A stretch of DNA of 9,131 nt. Origin: Escherichia coli. GTDB lineage: Bacteria; Pseudomonadota; Gammaproteobacteria; Enterobacterales; Enterobacteriaceae. The translations under genes and the position numbers were made by a program. The stretch lies in assembly GCF_003334785.1 (NCBI RefSeq), contig NZ_QOWV01000034.1; one strand, 5' to 3'. Each line of letters begins with the position of its first letter. The stretch's first letter is position 1. Below are positions 1-7,194 of this stretch, piece after piece. The notes beneath the pieces are model-generated. The model did not search any database. It had not been told where the DNA came from and saw nothing but the letters and a program-made list of their open reading frames with translations.

Positions 1-75
1 ATTCAGCGCAGTAGCTATCGCACGAATGCTCATTTTGGCTGACAAACCAGCTCGTATCTCCTCGCGCTCAGACAG

Positions 76-100
76 TGAACCGCCCCGGGAATCCTGGAGA
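76..100. repeat. Left terminal inverted repeat (IRL) of the IS element
   Basis: 25-bp sequence starting TGAAC, matching the reverse complement of 1361-1385 at 23/25 positions. Confidence 0.8.
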
Positions 101-129
101 CTAAACTTCCTGAGAAAGAGGTAAACAGG

Positions 130-456
130 ATGACTAAAAATACTCGTTTTTCCCCCGAAGTCCGTCAACGGGCAGTCCGTATGGTTCTGGAAAGTCAGAG
201 CGAATATGACTCACAATGGGCGACAATTTGTTCCATTGCTCCAAAGATTGGCTGTACGCCGGAGACTCTGCGTGTCTGGGTTCGCCAGCATGAGCGGGAT
301 ACCGGGGGCGGTGATGGTGGGCTCACCAGCGCTGAACGTCAGCGTCTGAAAGAGCTGGAACGTGAAAATCGTGAACTGCGCCGCAGTAACGATATCCTTC
401 GCCAGGCTTCCGCTTATTTTGCGAAGGCGGAGTTCGACCGCCTCTGGAAAAAATGA
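130..456 (+). CDS. IS3-family transposase OrfA (helix-turn-helix DNA-binding subunit with leucine-zipper-like C-terminus)
   Basis: 108-aa ORF. N-terminal HTH-like segment ([13 protein letters not shown]...[14 protein letters not shown]) and C-terminal heptad-like segment ([27 protein letters not shown]), as in IS3-family OrfA. Ends at the A6 slippery tract. Confidence 0.85.
   Translation: MTKNTRFSPEVRQRAVRMVLESQSEYDSQWATICSIAPKIGCTPETLRVWVRQHERDTGGGDGGLTSAERQRLKELERENRELRRSNDILRQASAYFAKAEFDRLWKK
448..456 (+). other. Candidate programmed -1 ribosomal frameshift / translational coupling site (A6 tract, AAAAAATGA) joining orfA and orfB
   Basis: A6 run at 448-453 directly before the overlapping ATGA. 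IS3-family elements commonly make an OrfAB fusion by -1 frameshifting on A-rich slippery sites. No downstream structure was evaluated. Confidence 0.4.
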
Positions 457-1343
457 TGCCACTGCTGGATAAGCTGCGTGAGCAGTACGGGGTCGGACCG
501 CTATGCAGCGAACTGCATATTGCCCCGTCAACGTATTACCACTGTCAGCAACAGCGACATCATCCGGATAAACGCAGTGCCCGTGCGCAGCGCGATGACT
601 GGCTGAAGAAAGAGATACAGCGCGTATACGATGAAAATCACAAGGTATACGGTGTGCGTAAAGTCTGGCGTCAGTTGTTACGGGAAGGTATCAGAGTGGC
701 CAGATGCACTGTGGCACGTCTCATGGCGGTTATGGGACTTGCCGGTGTTCTCCGGGGTAAAAAGGTCCGTACGACCATCAGCCGGAAAGCCGTTGCCGCA
801 GGCGACCGCGTAAACCGTCAGTTCGTGGCAGAACGACCTGACCAGCTGTGGGTGGCTGATTTTACTTACGTCAGCACATGGCAGGGCTTCGTCTATGTGG
901 CGTTTATCATTGATGTGTTTGCCGGATACATCGTGGGGTGGCGGGTCTCATCGTCTATGGAAACGACATTCGTGCTGGATGCGCTGGAGCAGGCGTTGTG
1001 GGCCCGTCGTCCGTCTGGCACCATCCATCACAGCGATAAAGGCTCTCAGTATGTGTCACTGGCCTATACGGAGCGACTAAAAGAAGCCGGATTACTGGCA
1101 TCAACAGGGAGTACAGGCGACTCGTATGACAACGCGATGGCGGAGAGCATCAATGGTCTTTACAAAGCGGAGGTAATACACCGTAAGAGCTGGAAAAACC
1201 GTGCAGAAGTGGAACTGGCCACACTAACGTGGGTGGACTGGTATAACAATCGACGATTGCTGGGAAGGCTGGGCCATACTCCTCCGGCAGAAGCAGAAAA
1301 AGCTTATTATGCTTCCATCGGAAACGATGATCTGGCAGCCTGA
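453..1343 (+). CDS. IS3-family transposase OrfB (DDE catalytic/integrase-core subunit)
   Basis: 296-aa ORF in the -1 frame relative to orfA. Candidate DDE residues in [16 protein letters not shown] and [13 protein letters not shown] (RNase-H-like transposase core). ATG at 453-455 overlaps orfA stop TGA at 454-456. Confidence 0.85.
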   Translation: MMPLLDKLREQYGVGPLCSELHIAPSTYYHCQQQRHHPDKRSARAQRDDWLKKEIQRVYDENHKVYGVRKVWRQLLREGIRVARCTVARLMAVMGLAGVLRGKKVRTTISRKAVAAGDRVNRQFVAERPDQLWVADFTYVSTWQGFVYVAFIIDVFAGYIVGWRVSSSMETTFVLDALEQALWARRPSGTIHHSDKGSQYVSLAYTERLKEAGLLASTGSTGDSYDNAMAESINGLYKAEVIHRKSWKNRAEVELATLTWVDWYNNRRLLGRLGHTPPAEAEKAYYASIGNDDLAA

Positions 1344-1360
1344 GTTCACAGATAAAACAC

Positions 1361-1385
1361 TCTCCAGGAAACCCGGGGCGGTTCA
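1361..1385. repeat. Right terminal inverted repeat (IRR) of the IS element
   Basis: Reverse complement TGAACCGCCCCGGGTTTCCTGGAGA pairs with 76-100; located 18 bp after the orfB stop codon (1341-1343). Confidence 0.8.
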
Positions 1386-1428
1386 TACTGTACGAAGAAA
1401 GAAACTACCGACTTCCGCGGAGATCACA

Positions 1429-1437
1429 TGGTAGAAT
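1429..1437 (+). promoter_or_regulatory. Candidate extended -10 promoter element (TGGTAGAAT) upstream of the 1507-2082 membrane protein gene
   Basis: TGnTAGAAT resembles an extended -10 (TG + TATAAT, 5/6 match) about 70 nt upstream of the ATG at 1507. No convincing -35. A GAGG Shine-Dalgarno lies about 6 nt before the ATG. Sequence-only guess. Confidence 0.25.
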
Positions 1438-1506
1438 GCTATGTGATAAAAAATGAGGTTGTGGTTGCCCGGGCCCAGATTGAAGTTCCCATAAGCTGAG
1501 GTTTTT

Positions 1507-2082
1507 ATGACGCAATCAGAGATGCTGAAATTAATCGCCCGACATGGTTATAACGTTGGATTTGGCGCTAAGAAAAACTTTGCCACCTATGATCTGATTT
1601 GTAAGGCATCCGGTTGGATTAGCTTTATTTCTCTTGCTGTCGGTGTGTTCGCCCTTTTTATTCCTGAGCTGGCCACAAACGTCATTTCCGCGATATTAAT
1701 TATATTTGGTGTTGCTACAATGTACATTCAGTTTTATGACTCGGAAAAGCAGAGTTATGAAAGTGCGGGGATTGAGCAGACCAAAATTTTTAATGAACTT
1801 GAAGTCATCTACCGCAACGTAAAAAGCGATGCAAACTTTGACTATCAGCGTACACAACAATCCATCGACGCTATCATGTCCCGGTTTTACGGCACGGTCA
1901 TCAGCAAACAGATCTTCGGAAGTAACTGGTACGCACATTATAAATTTTACTGTGAATTTGAAAAAGCATGGGTTGAAGAAGAGCTGAACCTGACACTGAA
2001 GGACAAAATCCCGCTTTCGCTCTGCTTTCTCGCCGGTCTGGCGATCATTTTTACTATAGCTGTCATCTGGAAAACGCCCTGA
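1507..2082 (+). CDS. Small multi-pass membrane protein of unknown function (two adjacent N-proximal hydrophobic helices plus a C-terminal one; SLATT-like or Abi-like effector topology is a guess)
   Basis: 191-aa ORF with GAGG RBS. Hydrophobic segments WISFISLAVGVFALFIPEL and ISAILIIFGVATMYIQF (about residues 36-76) and IPLSLCFLAGLAIIFTIAVIW (about 168-188), separated by a charged, presumably soluble ~90-aa region. AT-rich codon usage like the neighbouring defence operon. Confidence 0.7.
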   Translation: MTQSEMLKLIARHGYNVGFGAKKNFATYDLICKASGWISFISLAVGVFALFIPELATNVISAILIIFGVATMYIQFYDSEKQSYESAGIEQTKIFNELEVIYRNVKSDANFDYQRTQQSIDAIMSRFYGTVISKQIFGSNWYAHYKFYCEFEKAWVEEELNLTLKDKIPLSLCFLAGLAIIFTIAVIWKTP

Positions 2083-2634
2083 TGCTGCAGCCAATGAAAA
2101 ATTCAGCAAGCTGACTGTCAAATATGCGATGTATAGCCGGTATCACCATCCAGTGTACGTTCTATAAGGGGGGGCGCTTGGAAAACGGGTAGAGTCAAGA
2201 TGTGGCGCGGTAATTTTACAGGTCAGGCATATCTGTTGCCGCCTCTTTCGATTGGCGGAGCCTTACTGTCCTGACCATAAATCCTGTTTCCACACCCCGC
2301 TCATCGAAGCGGACATGCGCTTCTAACACATCCGGCTCTCGGACAGAATCATGCCTTCGCCCACGGAAACCTCTGCGGGAGCTTCGGTGCATATTTTCAT
2401 GGAAGGGGATCACCCAATAACTTCCATCGAGATCGGGTCATAACGGCCAATCCGTGATCGAATAGAGCGGAATACGCACTCTGACGAACTGCTTACATTT
2501 AAACTAATTACAAACTATATAAATCCGCCTTGCTCATTCACAGGGTAGATATATTCTTACTTTTAATTTTATGTGTAATTAACTGATGACGAAAAATGAA
2601 TTGAACTGTAAATGCATATCTAAGTTTTTCATTC

Positions 2635-3360
2635 TTATGATGTACATAATACCTTAAAATTATCAACTAGCTGAGCATTAACCTCCATCTGACTAATCCC
2701 CCATAATGCGGCTAACTGTTTCTCTGCAATCCCACTATCCCATGGCATTAGTGGGTCATTACGAAACTTAGCAAATGGCCCATCTGTTTCTGTAAGAATG
2801 CGTGATTTGGGTATTTTCAAAACTAAGGCCTTACCCTTTATTGTATCGAGCATAGCAGGCCCCACTGAGAACCAGCATCCTAAATCAATTGCCCTTTCAA
2901 GCTGCTTAGGTGTTCCAGTGAACCAATGCAATATTGCCACCCCATCGATATTTTCAATCTCATCAAGCACCGCTGATGCACTTCCCCGACTATGGATAGT
3001 CATAATCTTGCCACCAGCCCGATTTACACTGTTGAGAATGTGTCGGAACACTTTCAATTGAATATCCCAATGTTCTTTAAATCCCTGTCCACCATCAAGC
3101 CCTATTTCCCCTACATACTTAGTTTCCGAAAGCAATGAATCAAACAGGTCTAACTCATGCGATCTTTGATGCGCGATTTGAGGATGTAGCCCAAGAGCAG
3201 TTCGGATTCGTTGACTTTCTTTAGCCAATAAAGAAGTACCATGCCATGCTTTAGGTGTTGTTGTCACCGACAGAATATAAGTCCCTCGACGTTTACTTTC
3301 TTCAGCCACGAGGTCTGGCCGAGGATATAAGTCTAGATGACAGTGCATATCGATGCTCAT
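2635..3360 (-). CDS. qatD: TatD-family metal-dependent hydrolase/DNase, QatD of a Qat defence system
   Basis: 241-aa ORF beginning MSIDMHCHLDLY (the HxH metal-binding motif that opens TatD-family TIM-barrel hydrolases), with further conserved His/Asp/Glu positions. ATGA start/stop overlap with the upstream QueC-like gene at 3357-3360. Last gene of the operon. Confidence 0.85.
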   Translation of the reverse strand: MSIDMHCHLDLYPRPDLVAEESKRRGTYILSVTTTPKAWHGTSLLAKESQRIRTALGLHPQIAHQRSHELDLFDSLLSETKYVGEIGLDGGQGFKEHWDIQLKVFRHILNSVNRAGGKIMTIHSRGSASAVLDEIENIDGVAILHWFTGTPKQLERAIDLGCWFSVGPAMLDTIKGKALVLKIPKSRILTETDGPFAKFRNDPLMPWDSGIAEKQLAALWGISQMEVNAQLVDNFKVLCTS

Positions 3361-4676
3361 ACTATGTTCTCACTCAGTAAATAGCTTTCAACCTCATCTA
3401 GGCCATCCTTAAATACTTGCTTGAAATTATCAAATTCTGCCGTAGGCAAAGGGCCACTTTTGGCAATCCATGTACCTATTTTCAAAGTCGATTTCTGCGT
3501 GATCGCAATCCTAAGGGCGATCAGGTCGTCCCTGCGATCTATTTCATTCATTACTTTAGCTAAGGACTGGAAAATATATTCAACATCTCTACTAATTCCC
3601 CCTGCATGAAGTGATGCTCGTCGAATGATACACGGTATACATACCCCACATTGCTGCCCCATTCGTTTCCAATGACTGCAGGATACTGTACTTTCCACAA
3701 TTTTAGATAAGAGCTGCTTATTTGAACATTCGGAGATCATTTTTCCTTTTGTCTTAAACTGATATGGATTGATTATTTGACAAGAAATACCGAGCGCATC
3801 AAAGATCTTTTGTATGCTCGTAATAAAATGTGGATGTGTTGTTCGTGTGCTCAGCGAACCTATCCGCCGTGGAGTAAGTGGTGCATTTAATGAGATAAAT
3901 CCATTTTCAGGTACGAACAAATCAATCTTTTCTTGTTGAGATATCTCTTGTACGGCACAAGCACCTACGGCCGCAAGGGCAAGAAAATTGAGGCTACGAG
4001 TTCGCATCGTAATATCAGTCACGCCTTGATAAATGTGTGGGTCAGCATTAATCTCAAAGCGCGAAAATTGGCCACTTAATTTTTCAGCAATCTGATCTTG
4101 ACGAGACTTATCCCCTTTATAAGCATGACTAACCAAAAGTGGAGCGCGCCCTGCAGCCAGAAGATCTATTGCACCAATAGCTGAATCCAGACCTCCTGAA
4201 AATAAGCTGACACAGTCAAGCCCTTTTAGCTTAATCAGACGATGCCTTGAATGCTGGCTATAAGGCTCTGGCGGTGCATAACCATCGTCACAAAATTCGA
4301 AATCCCAGATGTCTCCACTAAGAAAATGCAAAGCACTCTCAAGTTCTTTCTTTAGACTAATCCATCTGGATGGTTCATGAAGGGGGAGTCGTAACGACAA
4401 TTGGCGGGTCCAACCATCCTCGGAACTTTCACGCTGAACGAAAGTATCTGCTGCAGTTACTGCTAATGCAACACTCAGAAAATCCATGACCTTAGCTGGA
4501 AGCTGTACTCCCAAACGTCTGATCCGATCAATCGCAGGATTCCCGATAACAGATATATCTCCGCGCCTCTGACCACTTAATCCATATAGCTGAACAGGTA
4601 ACACTTTCTCACTTGCTGGCGGCAAATGGTGATGTTTATGATGGAAAACTAATTGTGTCACTGGTATGCCTCCCAT
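3357..4676 (-). CDS. qatC: QueC-like PP-loop ATPase (7-cyano-7-deazaguanine synthase family) with an N-terminal extension, QatC
   Basis: 439-aa ORF. PP-loop motif SGGLDS at residues 160-165 (nt 4182-4199, minus strand). C-terminal cysteine cluster CSHWKRMGQQCGVCIPC resembling the QueC zinc site. Operon context with KAP NTPase and TatD. Confidence 0.8.
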   Translation of the reverse strand: MGGIPVTQLVFHHKHHHLPPASEKVLPVQLYGLSGQRRGDISVIGNPAIDRIRRLGVQLPAKVMDFLSVALAVTAADTFVQRESSEDGWTRQLSLRLPLHEPSRWISLKKELESALHFLSGDIWDFEFCDDGYAPPEPYSQHSRHRLIKLKGLDCVSLFSGGLDSAIGAIDLLAAGRAPLLVSHAYKGDKSRQDQIAEKLSGQFSRFEINADPHIYQGVTDITMRTRSLNFLALAAVGACAVQEISQQEKIDLFVPENGFISLNAPLTPRRIGSLSTRTTHPHFITSIQKIFDALGISCQIINPYQFKTKGKMISECSNKQLLSKIVESTVSCSHWKRMGQQCGVCIPCIIRRASLHAGGISRDVEYIFQSLAKVMNEIDRRDDLIALRIAITQKSTLKIGTWIAKSGPLPTAEFDNFKQVFKDGLDEVESYLLSENIV

Positions 4677-5410
4677 TCTTGCCAGGCCTCAATAATGGCC
4701 TGACGTTCAATTTTTACCATTTGGTTTCGTGTGAACGATCTTATGTTACCGGCAAGTTTTGGTGCCATATGTTTATCAACAACAACTTTAATCAATTCCC
4801 GGAGTTCAATTTCTGCATGAATTGCCTTTGAAGGTGTATCTGCTTTGTTCCATGCCCTATTAGAATCCATTACCATCTGAAGGAAAATACTTTCCGCTAG
4901 ATAACCAATCATTGTGTCAACAATCAAACCATCAGTTATTTTTTGAGGATCGAAAATTTCTACGCCATCAAGAGCCTCCACTAAAGCATGGTTCATGGCC
5001 GCACAGATCTTTTCTGAGTCACCATCCTGTGATGTTAAAGCTTGAGCAATAGTTGATATTGCTATTTCGCATGGAAGGCCTGCCAAACTGCCCAAATCGA
5101 TGCTTGGTTCTCCGGGAGCCGAAGGCATTCCCACTAAAGCCCCAAATAATTCGGCCCCAGCTTGCGTGACACTCCCTAATCGCCGAGCAGCGTTACTGCT
5201 CCCTCCGGAGGCTTTTCGCGCGTAGTGCCCTATGGCTTTTCTGAAATCTGCTCGATTTCCATTTGATACCGCATTTCCCAACGATTCTCGAAATGGCGCA
5301 AACCTCCTTTCTTGCGGCGAGGGTAACGGTTGCTGTGGCTGATCATCAGCCCATGGTGGAACCAGCGGAGAGCCACCTCCTGGACCTTTACTTGATTGTG
5401 ATGTTCCCAT
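4658..5410 (-). CDS. qatB: QatB, protein of unknown function (Gly/Pro/Ser-rich N-terminal ~100 aa followed by a helical domain)
   Basis: 250-aa ORF between the KAP NTPase and QueC-like genes. Start ATG shares one nucleotide with the qatA stop (TAATG at 5408-5412) and the 3' end overlaps the qatC start by 19 nt. Assignment is by operon position; no motif recognised. Confidence 0.6.
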   Translation of the reverse strand: MGTSQSSKGPGGGSPLVPPWADDQPQQPLPSPQERRFAPFRESLGNAVSNGNRADFRKAIGHYARKASGGSSNAARRLGSVTQAGAELFGALVGMPSAPGEPSIDLGSLAGLPCEIAISTIAQALTSQDGDSEKICAAMNHALVEALDGVEIFDPQKITDGLIVDTMIGYLAESIFLQMVMDSNRAWNKADTPSKAIHAEIELRELIKVVVDKHMAPKLAGNIRSFTRNQMVKIERQAIIEAWQEWEAYQ

Positions 5411-7194
5411 TAAGCGTCCTTATTCCATTGTTCATCTTTTAATGCTGCAGTCATCCACGCTGGTCGTTTCATCCCCAACTGTAATTCCTGTAGATAACGA
5501 ATTAATATGCTGGCTGCATCTGTTGAGTAGCGGGCCAACAGACATGCGCCGGAAAAGCCTCTGGGCTTACGATCCCAATCTGATACCTGCCGTAACTGGT
5601 TAATTAAACCTTCCATTACAGGTATTTGCTCCTCACGAGGAAGTGCTTTCAAAAGGTTTTCTGCTGTAGGAGAACTAGTGTTTTTCAATTCAATTAGTGC
5701 ATTTAGTACTTCCCGTCCAGATGGCGATAAACCAACCACATATGCACCTATTGGCATAGTTTCTCGGGACAGATATATGGCGGCCCTTAAGTCAATCCCA
5801 CCAAGACGAGGTTCAAGTTGGGCCCATTGACTGATGAAAGATTTAGTCGTTGGACTATCAGTCCATGTCTTTGGTGCATCAGTAGGTATTTGACCGCCAT
5901 TATCGTCAAGCTGTTTAAGTATCTGGGGAACACCTTGTTCAATATCCACGAGATGATATAAATCAGCGGTGCCATCCACTCCAACACAGCGTTCAAAAAT
6001 TACTAGCTTAGTAATAATTGCTTCATCCAAAGGCATTGCTCGTCGCTTCGCAATTTGAGATCGCATTTTCACAACATTCAACAAGCGTTTAACGATCCTG
6101 GGATTACCATGAATAATTGGAGAGTTGGCTAAAATGGGAGCAATACGGTCAGCACGCGCAAACGCCAGCGCGAGGTTGCTATCATCCGCTTCACCAGTCA
6201 TTTTTAAGGCCTCCTGACGTGAGATTGGTTCATCTTTCCAGGATTGCTGTAACGCCTTCTCTAAGCCCTCACGGAGCATAGTTATTTTTTCGCCTTCTAA
6301 GCCATGTTCAATGGCATAAAGCATGAACAGATACGAACGGATCTCACGGACCCCAGCCTTAGGCACCCGAATAGGAACCTGGATTAGCTTATCCAGATAA
6401 TCTATTTGATGGCGCTGTGATGCCCCTTTGAAGTAATCAGCCACAGAAGAGCGAATCATGTCCTCATCTGCTGCAATAATAAAGGCTGTATTAGTCAAGA
6501 AAAGGAATAGCCTGATAGCTTCAAGTGTATGGATAGCATTGGCAGGGAGACAGCGGTCTAGGTTATCTATTACCACAATGAGTGGCTTTCCAAGTTCTTC
6601 TAGAATTTCCCCATATTCCTTACGAAAGGCATCAATCTGCTGAGGGGGGCTTTTTTTTGTTTGTGGTTTAATCAAACCACAAGCAGTTTCTTTACCTTCT
6701 TTAGCTATATTGCCTAAAGCCTCATACTCTTCCTGGCTCTGGATGCCATCGGTGATATTTCTTAATGCACCAATCCCCCTAGAAAGCAAACCGCCAGTAG
6801 GTAATCCTGCCATTAAAGCTGTACCCTCAGCTAGTAATCCCATAGCTCTAAAACCATCAACTCGACTAAGGAGTCTCTTAGTTTTTGATATAAGGGTAGA
6901 ATTACCTTCAGCAGCTTTTGTCAATTCTGTAGCGATGACTTCAAGAAGTGCGGCACGGGCGTCGTCGTACCCCTGATAGAGCCAAGAGTCAAAATTGATA
7001 ACAATCCAATCTTTGTCGTCTTGCTCAAGTTTTTGCTCTATCAGTTTTAACAGAGAGGATTTACCTGCCCCCCAGTTTCCAAAAATTCCGATAGATACTG
7101 GTAACATATCTTTCGTGGTAAGTACATCCACGGCTAACTGAGATACTTCACCAAAATTTAGGTAGTCTTCTGATGACTCTTTGTCTGACCACAT
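5410..7194 (-). CDS. qatA: KAP-family P-loop NTPase, QatA
   Basis: 594-aa ORF. Walker A GNWGAGKSS at residues 39-47 (nt 7057-7080). Walker B-like PLIVVIDNLDRC, the hhhhDxLDR signature typical of KAP NTPases. AAGGAT RBS 6 nt upstream of ATG. First gene of the four-gene operon. Confidence 0.8.
   Translation of the reverse strand: MWSDKESSEDYLNFGEVSQLAVDVLTTKDMLPVSIGIFGNWGAGKSSLLKLIEQKLEQDDKDWIVINFDSWLYQGYDDARAALLEVIATELTKAAEGNSTLISKTKRLLSRVDGFRAMGLLAEGTALMAGLPTGGLLSRGIGALRNITDGIQSQEEYEALGNIAKEGKETACGLIKPQTKKSPPQQIDAFRKEYGEILEELGKPLIVVIDNLDRCLPANAIHTLEAIRLFLFLTNTAFIIAADEDMIRSSVADYFKGASQRHQIDYLDKLIQVPIRVPKAGVREIRSYLFMLYAIEHGLEGEKITMLREGLEKALQQSWKDEPISRQEALKMTGEADDSNLALAFARADRIAPILANSPIIHGNPRIVKRLLNVVKMRSQIAKRRAMPLDEAIITKLVIFERCVGVDGTADLYHLVDIEQGVPQILKQLDDNGGQIPTDAPKTWTDSPTTKSFISQWAQLEPRLGGIDLRAAIYLSRETMPIGAYVVGLSPSGREVLNALIELKNTSSPTAENLLKALPREEQIPVMEGLINQLRQVSDWDRKPRGFSGACLLARYSTDAASILIRYLQELQLGMKRPAWMTAALKDEQWNKDA

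Larger units (their letters stand above)
76..1385 (+). mobile_element. Complete IS3-family insertion sequence, IS629/IS1203-like, 1310 bp
   Basis: Terminal inverted repeats at 76-100 (TGAACCGCCCCGGGAATCCTGGAGA) and reverse complement of 1361-1385 (TGAACCGCCCCGGGTTTCCTGGAGA), 23/25 identical. Two transposase ORFs in 0/-1 frames overlap at an A6 tract, typical of IS3 family. Protein sequences recognised from memory as IS629-type; length 1310 bp agrees with my recollection of IS629. Not database-verified. Confidence 0.85.

Noticed and set aside
211-1386. ORFs overlapping the IS transposase genes on other frames/strands (211-531 -, 631-813 +, 895-1080 +, 1150-1386 -)
   Set aside because: Shadow ORFs inside well-supported transposase genes of a GC-rich element; no independent support.
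1696-2121. 141-aa minus-strand ORF antisense to the membrane protein gene
   Set aside because: Entirely antisense to a better-supported ORF with RBS and clear TM helices; composition looks like an AT-rich shadow frame.
2083-2160. Rho-independent terminator after the membrane protein gene
   Set aside because: No GC-rich hairpin followed by a T-run was found within ~80 nt of the stop; the hairpin at 2221-2276 lacks a U-tract on either strand.
2216-2413. 65-aa minus-strand ORF (Arg-rich) in the intergenic gap
   Set aside because: No RBS, highly biased Arg/His composition typical of a chance frame through GC-rich noncoding DNA, and no recognisable motif; treated as noncoding.
2440-2470. tRNA-like T-arm motif (GATCGAATAG) near the GC-rich patch
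   Set aside because: Only a partial resemblance to the GTTCGAATC T-loop consensus; no acceptor stem, anticodon arm or CCA context could be built around it.
2798-6976. Plus- or minus-strand ORFs embedded in the qat genes (2798-3061 +, 3421-3609 +, 4613-4831 +, 5787-5996 -, 6458-6643 +, 6710-6976 +)
   Set aside because: All lie within the long motif-bearing Qat reading frames in alternative frames; no start-context support. Ser/Ala/Leu-rich compositions typical of antisense frames.
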